This document shows positions 1 to 12,471 of a DNA stretch of 32,902 nt, piece after piece. The stretch is taken from contig JAAOMT010000176.1 in the NCBI GenBank assembly GCA_016748015.1, positions 462,705 to 495,606 of the forward strand, given 5' to 3'. The notes under the pieces were generated by a model. The model was not told where the DNA came from and did no database searches. It was given only the letters and a program-made list of their open reading frames with translations. The number at the start of each line of letters is the position of its first letter. Within the stretch, counting starts at the first letter, position 1. The translations under genes and the position numbers were made by a program. The stretch comes from Geosiphon pyriformis uo1 (taxonomy: Eukaryota > Fungi > Glomeromycota).

Positions 1-230
1 CCAGACGAGCAATTCCTGGGAAAGAGTTGACGTTTACTACAACGTAACTACATAAAGTAACTGGCACGGAATTGGCCATTCCACTTATAAGCCCAGCGGT
101 TCAAATTATAGGAGATAATTTGAAGATAAATTCAGTTACTGGAGGTTCAACTACTTCCTGAAAACGTGAATTTACAGCAAATCAACATTACCAACATTTA
201 AGAAAAGAGACCAAAAAACCTCCGGTAACA
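1..230 (+). repeat. 3' part of a Ty3/gypsy LTR (3' LTR or solo LTR) inserted into LINE A ORF1
   Basis: Matches the last ~230 bp of the LTRs at 22118-22347 and 31017-31246. Ends ...CCTCCGGTAACA and is followed by LINE sequence (CTGC...), not by the TTTGGTG PBS. Confidence 0.93.
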
Positions 231-1770
231 CTGCCGACACAAATGAGTCCAACCTCTTAACCAACTCACCAATTTGTCCTATGAGACTGACAAGACTGCT
301 TTCAATATTCTTCAAATGATTTTCCAATTCACCATTAACAGGTGAGAGAGGTTCACCATAAGATATGGAACCAGATTGAGCTGAACCACCAAAAAACACT
401 ATCGGGAGTGGTCTACCAACCATGGAAGCCCAAGTTTTTCCACCAAAAACCAAGAGATGAGAAACGGGGGCAGATTTTTTTTCATATATCTTCACCAGAC
501 AGAACTGATCCTGAGCTGAAAGAAGAGCTCTTTTGTTCTTAGGACTTGAAGACACACCAGCAGTATGACAAGCAAGAGAAGTATGACCAGAAGTTTTGCA
601 AATTGAGCACAGTGCAGCGGTTAAACAAGACCATCAGAGACCAACATCTTTTATAACAGGAGTATTTGCCATCGCCTGAATAAGACTACCCTCAGAATTG
701 AAGCACACAGTAGCACAGCATGTTCAGACATAACTGACAGAACTGCACTCAATAATACATGTTTTCTCACCAATTGAACCAATGAAATCCCAAAGATCAT
801 GAGCATTGGTGCCCATGAGGAGGGTATAAAACAAAGCCCTAAACTCATCTCTGGCATCCCACGTTTGTTTGTCAATATCAGCCTGGGCCACATGCACCAC
901 ATCTTTCCCAATAAGGATGAACCACTCAGCTGCCAAGAAATCAGCCTGAATTTGATCCTCCAATTTGATGACTGCCTTTTGCCATAGTCCTATCAACTGC
1001 ATCTTGATTGACTTAATAACCCCAAATTCAGAAATGGCTGCACGCACTGCCTCAATGGAAGTTCTCACAGGAATTTCTTTTAACACAATTGTCCGATTCA
1101 TATGATTGTTGATGGGGCACTTAAGATCAGTGTTTATCACAACACCATGATTATTTGCCAATTGTGCAGCTGCCATCATCATCTTTTCAGAAGTGAAAGA
1201 TGCCTGAATGATTCCACCAAATTTTGAGAGGATGAAAGCCCTCCCAAAACCATTTACACTTGAAAAGATTTTTCTAACAAAATTGACTTTTTCCTGAGAT
1301 GATTTACCAGCCACTGCTACAAGATTAATATCTAAAGTGAAAAATTTGTGAACAGGCACTTGAACAGACGGCTTGACTGAAAGAGAAGGTGGGAGAAAAA
1401 GAGACTCATCCAACACATTATCTTCTGCATCGACATTATCATAGTCAATCACACCCAGTGGTTTCCCTAGCACCTTCTTGGTCTTCACACACAAACTCTT
1501 TGGTGTCTGATCAGGATCCTCTTCCACAAAAGTACCATTATTACCATAGTCTACACTGGTTTCTTCAACCAAGCATTCTTCTTCCATGTCAATACTCTCA
1601 AATTCCGTAGTGTCACCAGTTTGAGAACCCCATGAATGAGCGCTGAGAGTTTTAACAGCAACCCCTTTATTATCAACATTCTCTTCCAACACACCATCCT
1701 TCTTTTTTTTCCTTGATACAACAGCCTTGAAACCACTCTCAGAACCAGAAGCTTTAATGGTCTTTTTCAT
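231..1770 (-). pseudogene. LINE ORF1 (gag-like nucleic-acid-binding protein), disrupted
   Basis: ORF fragments 724-1770 and 231-555. CCHC knuckle CSICKTSGHTSLAC at ~566-610. In-frame stops; C-terminus cut by the LTR insertion. Confidence 0.85.
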
Positions 1771-1920
1771 AACAGCAATAACAGAGCCAACAGTGGTCTC
1801 GTAATCAAAAAATGGTTTTGATTTGTCATACTGAATAGTAAAAAACTTCTTTCAAAAAAACTATAGACTTTTTTTCGGGAATTTCGGATGAAGGAGAAAA
1901 AGAAGTTTTTTTTATTATAA
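231..1920 (-). mobile_element. LINE (non-LTR retrotransposon) A, 5' portion: 5' UTR plus ORF1, interrupted by the LTR at 230
   Basis: ORF1 is homologous to LINE B ORF1 (KIFSSVNGFGRA vs KIFSTVNGFGRA; SEFGVIKSIKMQLIGLWQK vs SEFGEIKSIKIQLIGMWQK). The 5' UTR shares motifs with 6611-6754. Confidence 0.85.
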
Positions 1921-2532
1921 TAAATTATATAAAAGAAAAGCTTTTTTTTTTAAAAAAATATATCTTAGCAGAAAATAACAATTTTATCTTAGAATTATCT
2001 TCTATAGAATAAGTTTTTTTATACAAATTAATAAAACATCAAATATTTCAAAAACATAATTCAATTTAATTAAATTATGAATTAAAATTTCTCAAATTTC
2101 AACTAATATTTTGAAATTGATTAGCTATTAATTTCAGTAATTTATTAATGATTTCAAGTCTAAACAGAAAACAATTTTTTTAACAAAATTCTTTTTTTAT
2201 ATTTTTTATATATTTTTTTTTTATTATAATCATTAAAATAGTTTATAAATAAAATTCTTGTAGAAAAGTTAACTTTTACAGCAAAATAACTACATATTTA
2301 AGTGAACTTCTAGATGAGTATTTTCTAAAAAAAAGTTGACTTTTATCATAAAATAATTATATAAATAACTAGCACAAAATTGGCTATTTTATTTATAAGT
2401 CCAGTTATTTAAATTATAAGAAATAATTTGAAGATAAATTTAGTTATTAAAAGTTTAACTGCTTCTAATAATTAAAAATTAACAACAACATTAATAACAT
2501 ATAAAAAAAAAAATCAAAAACCTTTGATAATA
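1921..2532 (+). repeat. Degenerate 5' LTR of the relic (5' end removed by LINE A)
   Basis: 2101 aactaatattttgaaattgattagctattaatttcagtaa matches LTR aactaacgttttgaaattgattagctaccaatttcagtaa. Ends aaaaacctttgataata, matching aaaaacctccagtaaca. Confidence 0.8.
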
Positions 2533-5500
2533 TTTAATTTTTTTTTATAAATTAATAAAACAATAACTTCAAAATAGTAACTTTAGTAAACACAATTACT
2601 CTAAAGTATTATTAATTAATTTATATTTACTGTAAACAAAGATTTAATATCCAAAACAGAATTGAAATTTTTAAAAAAATATTTTATTAATATATTGAAA
2701 ATCACAATAACAATTATTTTTTTAGAAACTACAATATTTTAAAAGTTAAAAGTAATTTTTATAAAAACTTATTACACTATTTTTATGTAAACACTAAAAA
2801 TTACAACAGAAAAACTTTTTACATATACTTTTAAAAACTTGACTACAGCATTATTTAATATTGTAAAGAGAAATACTTAGTACAATCCAAATTTTTTTTT
2901 AATTTAGAATCAAAACCAAAAGCTAAAAAAAAAAAAAAAAAAAAATTTTAAATCAATTATATTAATCACAATATATTAAAAATAATTGCTAAATACTTAC
3001 AAACACCAAAATAAAAAACCAATATTAAATTACTATTTTCTATTATATTATTTTTAGCTTCATTTGTTTAAGCACAAATACTAAATTTACTACTTAACTA
3101 TTTTTCAAAACCAGAAGACTTTACATTACTAAAAAGTCTAATACAACAGTTTAAATAAATCTTTATTAGCATAAATCTTCTTAATTACTTAGCAAAAAAC
3201 CAAAATAATTATTTTAACAACATAATTAATTATAAAAACATTTCTGAATTCACTAAAAAAGAAACTACTAAAAGCAAAAACACAAAAAAATAACAACTAT
3301 CTGTATTATAAAAATCACTAAATTTATAGAAGAAAATACTAATACTAGCTTTTAAAAATGGCTTGATAAAGTTTTAAAAACAAAATATGCAAATAGTTAG
3401 AACACAGCAAAAATGCTAAAAACTATTTATTATTTCTTTTAAAAAACAGCAAAAAAATGATTTGAAAACTTAAACAAACTTTTTAAAAACTGACAAATAT
3501 TTAAAGATGCTTTTTTAAGACAATTTACTAACGATAACATATTAATTACACTTTAAAATAGATTTTAAAACATAAAACAAAAACTTTTTGAATCTGTTAT
3601 AACCTATCTTAAGAAGTTTAACAAACTTTTTCAATGAATTTACCAATTGAAAACCAATAACTATTACTTTAATATTTAGATTTTATATTAATTTATTACT
3701 AAATTAAAAGATAAATTCATTAAAAAAGTTCACTATATGTTTTAAAAAATTTAGTTATAGTCATTCAATATGTTAAAGCCTATAAAATAGTCATAGAAAA
3801 ACTCAAACATACAAAATTTGTCAACTTCATAATAGAAAAAACCAGCTTAACAACTGAGAAAAAAAATTGACCAATTAATTAAAAAAGTTAAAAATTACTT
3901 TACTAATTAACAATAATAGCAACTACAAAGATATTAATTATCATAATAACAAAATTTAAACAACTTTTCAGTATTATTTAGCAACAAATTTTAGAATTGT
4001 TATTATTGTGGAATTTTAAAACACTAAAAACAAAATTGCCAAAAGATATAATGAGACTAATAATTAAGAAATAACTAATATTATTCTTAATTCCAGCAAT
4101 TATATTATTAATTTATATTATTAACATATTATTTACCAAGATCTTAATATTAAAACAATTACTATTAACTGGTTCCACAACTTCAATACTAACAATTTCT
4201 ACAATTTTAACAATATTAACAAGCATTACTAATTTAACAATATTAAATATTTGCAAAAAATGTGATTTAGCAAAATTAATTTTTATTTTAAAACTAATTT
4301 ATAATTAACAATAACAGAACTAATATTAACAATTATTAGTTTTCTAAAACAATTTACAATAAAGACCCAAACATTATTATATTCAACTTAGCTATTTAAT
4401 TATGTCAAAAAAATCGAATTTTTAATAAACTACACTTTTTAAGGATAAAATTATAGTATTAAGATTAAATTTTTTCAATAATATAATTCTATTAACAAAG
4501 ATTATTAAAAATACTAATTTTTTTAATATTTTTTTTTTCAAATTTGAAGCAAACAAATTATTATTTTTGCTTAATAATATAGCTGTTAACAAACAAAAAG
4601 CAATCACAACTATATACATAAAAACCAAAATTAAAAAAGAACCAATTCAATTAATCTTAAATAACAAATTTACTAAAAGTATTATTATTTACCAATTAAT
4701 ACAACAACTTAAATAAACTATTAATAGACCAACTTAAACAGTTATTATTATTGTTAATAGTATAAAAAAAAACTTTATTAAGAAAAATTAACAATTTTTC
4801 TTTTATAATTAATAAAATTACTATTTTACTTAAAGTTTAATCATAAATGCACTTCAATATCAAGCTTTAATTAGAAATAATTGGCTTCTTAAAGCCAATA
4901 CAAATCTAAATTAAAAAACTTAAGAATTAAAAATTTCATACCAAGAACAATATACTTAAGTATCAACTATTTGTGGTATTTTTAACAAACAATCTAAAAA
5001 AGTCACAGTATTTAAATTTGAAAAAAAGAAAAAAAAACCAATTACCAAAACTTATATAACTCTTAGATTAATATTTAATTGGGCTAAAAAAACCAAACAA
5101 AAATGTTTTAATAATACAAAATCGCATACTGAAACTATTTGGTCTAAAATTCTAAATTATAACACTAAACCAATTATTAGTGATTAGAGTATACTATATT
5201 TAAAACAAAAATCAAGAAAAAAATCAGTTTATATTCTTTTTAAATATAAAAATTGTGGAAAAAAACTCTTTTCTATAAGAGTTTGTCTATATTTAAAAAA
5301 AATATATGAAAGCTATACTTATTATTACTGTAAAGTTTATTACAGAAAATGATTTAAATATTTAAAAAAAAGTAAAAAATAAAACCAAAATTTTTGTTTT
5401 ATATATAAAAAACTATTACTTAAAGAATACAACTAGATTAATATTATAATAAGAAAAAAATTTTGTAATCAAACTTCTTAATATGCTTTGTTAATTTTAA

Positions 5501-6610
5501 AAAAAGTAAAAAAAGAACTTTTTTTGATACAGTATATAATAGTACTTTAACAAACTTTATTATTACTTACATAATGCTAAAATAATCTATAATTTTATCA
5601 TAGTTTTAATTAATAAAGCCATTCAGAAAAATGTTCACTAAATAAAAAAAACTGAATATATTAAATACACAATAGAATTAGTTAAATTTAATTACAAAAA
5701 TGAAGTAAAAGTATATTATTATATTATTAATTTCAACTACTTAATCCAAAAAGTCCAAATTCAATTATTAAAACAAATAAATATTTAATTGTGCAAAAAA
5801 TATATCATGTCTTATAATAACAAATAGTGTTCAAAATATTATGTTTTTAGCATTTTTTTGCTCAACAAAGATAATGAATATAAAATTAAATTTAGTGAAC
5901 AAAAACCAAAAGAAAAATTACTAATTATTCTAATTTATTTATTTAAAAACCAACTTGTTATATAATTTAAGTATTTCAATAATAATAATTAAGAAATTAA
6001 ACCAAAAAAAGCTTATAAAATTAATGTAGAATATGATTTATAATATCTCAGCAAAGATACTTTGGTTTTTTAACCAAAGTTTTTAATAAAAATTAATCTT
6101 AAAAGCAATAATTCAAATTGTTTTTTAATCATTCTTGATCAGCAAAAAAATCAATATTAGAAAAATATTACAATTATATTATAAAATAAAACTAAAAAAC
6201 CCTTAAAAATTAAACATGCTAAAAAAATTGCTCAAGCTATTTACTTGTTTTTAATTAATATTTCAGGTTTATAATTAGTAAATTAACAAAAACAATTAAG
6301 TAAAAGTGAAAAAAACTCAAAATTTTGGTTCAACTAAATAATTTATAATTTCAGTTAATATAACTCTCAATATACAAAATAAATTTTACCAAATTTTTTA
6401 ACTTTTTTAACCAAATTACTATTTTACTTTTAAAAAACATTATAAAATTTATATTTATCCAAAACCTATTATTACATAAAAAATATTTGAATTAAATAAA
6501 CAAATTTTTTTAAGCATAAAATTTTAATTTCAAATCATTAATTTTACAAATTAGTATATATTTTTCTTTAATTAATTCCAAAAATATTTTTCAAAACTTA
6601 GAATCAATAA
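1921..6610 (+). mobile_element. Hypermutated, internally deleted Ty3/gypsy relic of the same family (partial LTR, gag, PR, Cys-rich region, dUTPase, integrase tail)
   Basis: Collinear with 21740-26370 with pervasive C>T/G>A changes (e.g. 3841 accagcttaacaactgagaaaaaaaattgaccaa vs 23674 accagctcagcagctgaggaaaaaattgaccaa). 6536-6610 matches the integrase end at 29346-29420. Confidence 0.9.
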
Positions 6611-6754
6611 TTATAATAAAATAACAAAAATACACAAAAATCTTCTTTCTTTTTTACCTCCACAAATTCTCAAAAAGCACATTTTCTGAAAAAGAAGTTT
6701 TTTGTTTTTTTAGTCTATATCAATATTTCTTTACCTAATAGTAACCCATTTTTT

Positions 6755-8634
6755 GTGGATATGGAGGCTACTGCTAGTAGCACCACATTTAAAAAAAAGG
6801 CTCTTAAGGGTGCTTTTCATAGTCCTGCTAGTGGCTTCTTTTCTCAGAAGAAAAAAGTTGTTCTTAGTAATGTAAAACATTCTGGTGATAAAAGGGATAT
6901 ATCCTTAAGCAAATCTGAATCTAGTGGCAGTGTTTATTCTGATGTGGAGAGTCTATCTGATGAGAATGAGAATGTTAGCATGTCTGGAACAAATGGTGGG
7001 TCTCTTTTGGGTTCAGCTGCTATTACACCCAAGGCAAAGCAAGTCAACACTAGTGCTGGTTTTGGTTCTCTGCTCAGCTCTTCTAATTTTTATATGGATG
7101 ATAATGAAGTTGTGCTCCCTCTTTGCTTGTCTATCTCTTTAGAAAAAAAGTGGATTGACCTTAAAATTATCAAAACTCTTGTAAAAGTGTCAATTAGAAA
7201 GTTATTTGCTTTGAATATTAATCTCTCAGCTATGGAAAGTAAATTGGCAATGGCAAAAACTCAGTTAATTAAGAAAATTTTTTCAACAGTCAATGGTTTT
7301 GGGAGGGCCACTACCCCTTCAAAATTTGAAGAGATCATCTGATCAACATTTACATCAGAAAAAAGCATGGAGATGGCCACATCATTGGCCAGAGAAAAAG
7401 GGATTGACATAAACAGTGATCTTAAGAAACAAGGAATGAGGTCAGATCGGACTGTAGTGATTAAGAAAATTCTCATGGACATGCCTAAGAACATAATTGT
7501 TACCACAGTATCTGAATTTGGAGAAATTAAGTCGATCAAAATTCAACTGATAGGAATGTGGCAAAAGACTGTAGTGAAGTTTGCTGAATTAGACCAAGCT
7601 AATTTGTTGGCCTTAAAATAGTCATTTCTGATTGGTAAAGACTCTATGCATGTAGCCAAAGCAATAGGGGATTGTGAGACCTGAGCGTTAAGGGATCAGT
7701 TTAGGGCATTGTTGTTTACTCTACTGGTGGGAACAACAGCACATGATCTTGGGACTCTTCTAGAAAAGGCTGGTAAGAAAACTTGTGTCATAAACAGATC
7801 TCTGGGAACTGGCAATAGGATTTGCTGTGCAGTAGTTGGTTTTGAATCTGATAATGATCTGGAATTTGCTTTTTGTATGGAGCTGATTCTTGGCAGTGTT
7901 AGACTTTTTTAGGCAAGGATGGATCTAGTTCAGTGTGAGAAATGTGGGAAGTTTGGTTATTCTGCTCTGGAATGTGATACACCTGTTGCACCTACCTTTA
8001 AGTCTTTAAAAAAAACATTTATAAGGATTGTATCTAATGAACATCATCTTCAGTTGGCTAAGTTGTATGAGAAAAAGAGTGTTTCAATATTTCACTCTGC
8101 TGCTTTTGATGGTAAGTCTTGGGCCCAGATGGTCTTATTTGCTGATTCTTCTGATGGTCTTTACTTTGCTTCTGGTTCCGGTTCCTTTCTTTCTGGCACC
8201 TCAGGTTTGAATAATGGTATCCCTCCCGTTTTGGTTGACAATTTGTCTTTGGATGCTCATTTGGCCTTTTTGGAATAATCCTTAGAATTGCTAACTGACC
8301 AAGTCTCTAACATCATGCAAAAACTCAGCAACATGGAATTGATGCCACAAGCTTCAACTTCCCTCCTAAAGTCTCAGCTATTTTGATTGCTGCCAAAGAG
8401 GATTTGGTTGTGGATGTAGTCATGGATAATTCTGAATTGGTACTATTATTCCCTCTCTCCACTTTTCCTAGTATCTTGACATTGGATCTGAGTAGTTCAA
8501 AGGTCTTGACTACCAAGGTTGGCTGTTTGGAATCTAAGTTGGTTGCTCTTAAAGTCTTTATTAGTTCTGTTTTGGCAAAGTTAGAGCTAATCTGTGCTGG
8601 TTCAAGTTCATTGGCCTTTTTTTCTTCTCAATGA
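6755..8634 (+). pseudogene. LINE B ORF1 (gag-like), multiple stops
   Basis: Fragments 6755-7342, 7367-7621, 7709-7912, 7919-8278, 8383-8634. Degenerate knuckle CEKCGKFGYSALEC. Homologous to LINE A ORF1. Confidence 0.85.
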
Positions 8635-11600
8635 ATGATTTGATCTGAAAAATAGCTACCTGTAATATTCGGGATATCAATGTCCCTACCAAGTAGAAGA
8701 ACGTTGTTTGTTGGCATAAAAAATCTGGTAATATGATTTCTATTATTATGGAAACAAAATTAAGATTTAACATTAGGCCATAGATAGCCAATAGGTTTAA
8801 TGGAGTAAGAATATTCTCAACAGACTTGGATAAAGGCTTTTTTGGTGCTGAAGTAGCAATAATCATAATCTGGCTTGTCATGTGTGCAAAATTGAGGAAA
8901 TTCCAGGTTGGGTTATTCTGGTGTGGTTTTTGTTCAAAGACAAGCTTTCAGTTTCGATTTTGGGTCTATATGCTAGTGCTTCAGCTGGAGCTAGATTTAG
9001 TCAAGCTCTGGAGATTAATGCATTTATTGCTAAGACTGTCAACTCTAGTACTTTCTTGGTTATTGGTGGGAATTTCAATGAGAATAGTTCAAGAAGAAGT
9101 GTGTTTCAGGTTCTGTTCAGATTTGGGTTTGGTTAACTCACTCAGTAGATCTTTTTTGGTTAAGGCTCCCACATGAAGCAATTCTAGAGAGGTTGAGAAG
9201 ACCATAAACTTTGTTTTTGTTAGTACAAGTTTGGCTTCCGCAGTTGCCAGACATGCTGTTAGTTCTGCTTCAGAATTTTTTGAGTTTGATCATAAGATGG
9301 TCTTGATCTTAGTTGGTTTGGGTGGTCTTGTGGATGTCAATTTGAACAGCTTGTGTAAGCAGGCCAACAGGAACAAATAGAAGTTCAAAATTAAGTCAGC
9401 TAGTAATGATCAATGGTTGCAATTCAGGGAGTGTTCTTCTAGTGAATTTCAGTTAAGATCTGTGGACTTTGATATCGCAAAAAAAGATAATAATTTAGAT
9501 AAGATGTGAGATATTCTTAGAGAGGTAATAGTTTGCTCTGCTGATTGAGTGTTTTTTAAGTTCTGGTTTAATGATTTTGAATGTTCAAGGAATAAGGTTT
9601 TTTCAAAGTTCTTTAAGCTGAAATTATTAATCTCCAAGCTGGTAAAGGATCTGAGCTTGCATTGAAATCTAGTGGCTAACCGCTTTGTTGACACTTGATC
9701 TGTTGTTGATTTTGAGGAAGCCTCCAAATTTCGTACCATGGTTGATAATGGTACTGGTCGTGATGCAATTCTTAGTCATTTGTTGAATGTCAGAAAAAGA
9801 TACTGTAAGTCCAAGTATTTTAAATCCAGAAACACCAGGGATGCTGCTATTAGAAAAGCAGTTAACAAGCACATGGAAAATTTTTGTACTAACAAGGGCT
9901 GTATGATTAAAAGCATTTTGGAATGGTCTTTTTGTAAGGTGGTCCTCAACCATTTGGTGGTTAACAATGATTTAGTTTTGGAGCCTAGTGAAGTTAAATC
10001 TGTAGTTGACACTATTATGGAAGGTTAGACAAGAAAGTGCACAATCCCTGATGTTCTGTCTGCTTGCTGAACTGCCCAATATGCTCCTCTGAATTATGTT
10101 GATGATAGTGCTTTCTCAAAAGTTATGTGCAATATAGGGTCTAATGAATTTCTTCAAGTGGTCAAGTGTTTGTCTGATGATAAGGCTGCTGGTTTGTCTG
10201 GCATTCCTAATGAGCTTTGAAAACATGATAATGCATGGGTTTTGGGTGGTTTGCTGGATATTCTTAATGTGTGTTTGGTATTAGGTGCAGTGCCTATTCA
10301 TTGGAGATGCACATAGGTGTCTATGATTCCAAAACCATATGATTGAAAGGGGACTCTCACAAACACCAGACCAATTGCTTTGGTTGAAACATCCCAGAAA
10401 ATATTGTTTAAGATATTGTCTAACAAGATCTCTGTGGCTTGTAGTAGGTTTGATGTTTTGCAAAGTAACAATTTCTTGGTTTTGAAAAATACATCCACAC
10501 AAACTCTAATTTTTGCTATTGGTTCAATTGTTAAAGACACTTTAAAGAAGAATAAGGAGCTGTGGCTGGTGCTTCAGGATATGTGAAAGGTATATGATTC
10601 TGTTGGGTGGTTTTATCTGCATAATAGTCTGGCTAAGATCAAAATGTGTTCCTGTTTTATTAAGTTTTTTGGCGGCCTACACAATAGCAGATTCAATCAG
10701 GTCATGACTGACTTTGGATTTACAGATGGTTATGTTGTTCACAATAATCTAGATTAAAGAGAAGTTTTCTTGTCTTTGTTGTAGAGAATTTTTTATGATC
10801 CTTTGTTCTACAAAATCAAGCATTGTGGTGATTTATTTGGGTATAAGTTGGATTCAAAAATTTTTTACTAAATCTGGCAAGCCAGATTCTAGAGGTGGCT
10901 TGACATTTTTTCTGGCTGCTAGGGCTTTTGTAGATAACACAATATGGATTGGAAACAGTATAATTGCTACTCAAAATATTTTGGATATAGCAAGTGAGTT
11001 TTTTGGAATCAATGACATCTCTATCAACACAGATAAGACAGTCGCCATACTCATCAACATGAGAGTGGAGAATCTTTAGTTGTTTATTAGTGGAGCTGCC
11101 ATTTCAATAGCAAAAAGAAAGGAACCACACAGATACTTGAGCATCTTTTTGTCTACAGATGGTTTTTCTGTACCCAGTCTTGCCAAAGCGCACTTAGATG
11201 TTTGGTTTTTTACCAATCTAATATTGAGGAAGGCTATTTTAGACAAGCAATTTTTGTATCTGATGTCTGCTGTGCTTCAGCCCATTGTTAGTTACAAGAT
11301 CCAATTCAGCTATGTTTCAGCATGTATGTGTGAGAAATGGAATGGATTGCTCAGAAAAAAGCTGAAAATTAAGACCAGCTTACCTAAAAATTTCTCTAAT
11401 GAGGGTTTATATTATCCTAAGATGTATGGTCTCAAATTTTTTGGCCAATTGCAGGCCAAAAATTTATTAGCCAGTGTGATTGGGTTTGCCAACTCTGGTG
11501 GCGTCCTCGGCAAGTTGTTTGAGCACAGAGCCATGGACCTACAGGCCATCAGCTGGATGCCTCAGCAATCCCTTAGTTTTCTAGTTAAATTGTCTGTTAA

Positions 11601-12471
11601 TCCAATCAATTGCTTTCTGGCTGGCATGAACATGCTTGCATCATGTAGGTCTTTATTGGTCAATAATATTCCTAATGTTTTCTGGTCTGGTGTCAGTGTT
11701 TCTGTTGCTGATGTTTTGAACATGATGTAATACTTAAGCATGGTTGCCTCTTTAAGAAAATTCGGGATTGTGTTCACAAATCAGCTTCTAAATTATAATG
11801 GCATGTGCTTTACTTGGAGCACTTTTTGCCAATAGAAAAGACTGGATCCCAGAGATTGGGTTTCTGGTTGGTTCATCTCTTTAGTCTTGTTCATTTCTAG
11901 TAGTGGTTTAACCGGTGTTGGTGCTTTGGTCCACCATTCCATTTTAGACGTACACTTATGTGATTTTGGTTTTGCTAATAGTTGTCTTGTTGAAAATAAG
12001 CCTGGTGTTGTAAGTATATACACAGATAAGTCAGTCAAAAGTTTGGGTTCTGTAGGTGCTTGTGGTGGTGTTACTGCTTACTTTTCAGATGTTGACTTAA
12101 GTATAGATATTAGAATATACAGCTTGCTTTTTTTGACTCTGGTGGAACTTCAGGCCATCACTCTTGCTTTGAAATGCATTCCAGCTTCTAGCTCAGTTAT
12201 GTTGTTCACAAATAGCCAGGCTTTCTTGAATGTGTGTGTTTTGTTGGTTAATTCTGTTGGTTCCAATTTTTGTGATAAATGCTGAATTGAAAAGAAACAC
12301 ATTTGTACCACTATTGTTTCTAAGAGACTTTCAGTTTGTTGGAATAAAGTCAAGAACCACTTTGGGGTGATTGGTAATGAGCATACTGACTTTTTTGTTG
12401 ACACTGCCACTAAGTCTAAGTTCGTGCTACTAGTCAGTATGGTGTGTCAATTTATTGCTATGGAAAGCCAA
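8631..12471 (+). pseudogene. LINE B ORF2: apurinic endonuclease, reverse transcriptase and RNase H, disrupted
   Basis: APE motifs IATCNIR..ETKL, GGNFNE, FDH. RT motifs IPKP..TNTRPIALVET, LVLQDM*KVYDSV, AFVDNTIW (from FVDD). RNase H motifs IYTDKS, ELQAI, LFTNSQ, KVKNHFGVIGNEHTD. Confidence 0.92.

Larger units (their letters stand above)
6611..12471 (+). mobile_element. LINE B (non-LTR retrotransposon: ORF1 plus APE-RT-RNase H ORF2), interrupted at 12471
   Basis: Two-ORF layout with endonuclease, RT and RNase H motifs. Sequence resumes at 32256 after the gypsy insertion. Confidence 0.93.

Noticed and set aside
172-555. 127-aa ORF as an independent gene
   Set aside because: Chimera of LINE ORF1 reading into the antisense strand of the inserted LTR.
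4422-4628. 68-aa hydrophobic ORF resembling a membrane or organellar protein
   Set aside because: Antisense to the hypermutated gag-PR relic; an AT-bias artefact.
1921-6610. AT-rich block as organellar or endosymbiont insertion or centromeric satellite
   Set aside because: Collinear with the gypsy family, so it is explained as a decayed copy.
6755-12471. Alternative genetic code (TGA=Trp) explaining the many stops
   Set aside because: Stops include TAG and TAA and replace Trp, Arg and Gln at different sites in different copies, consistent with mutation.
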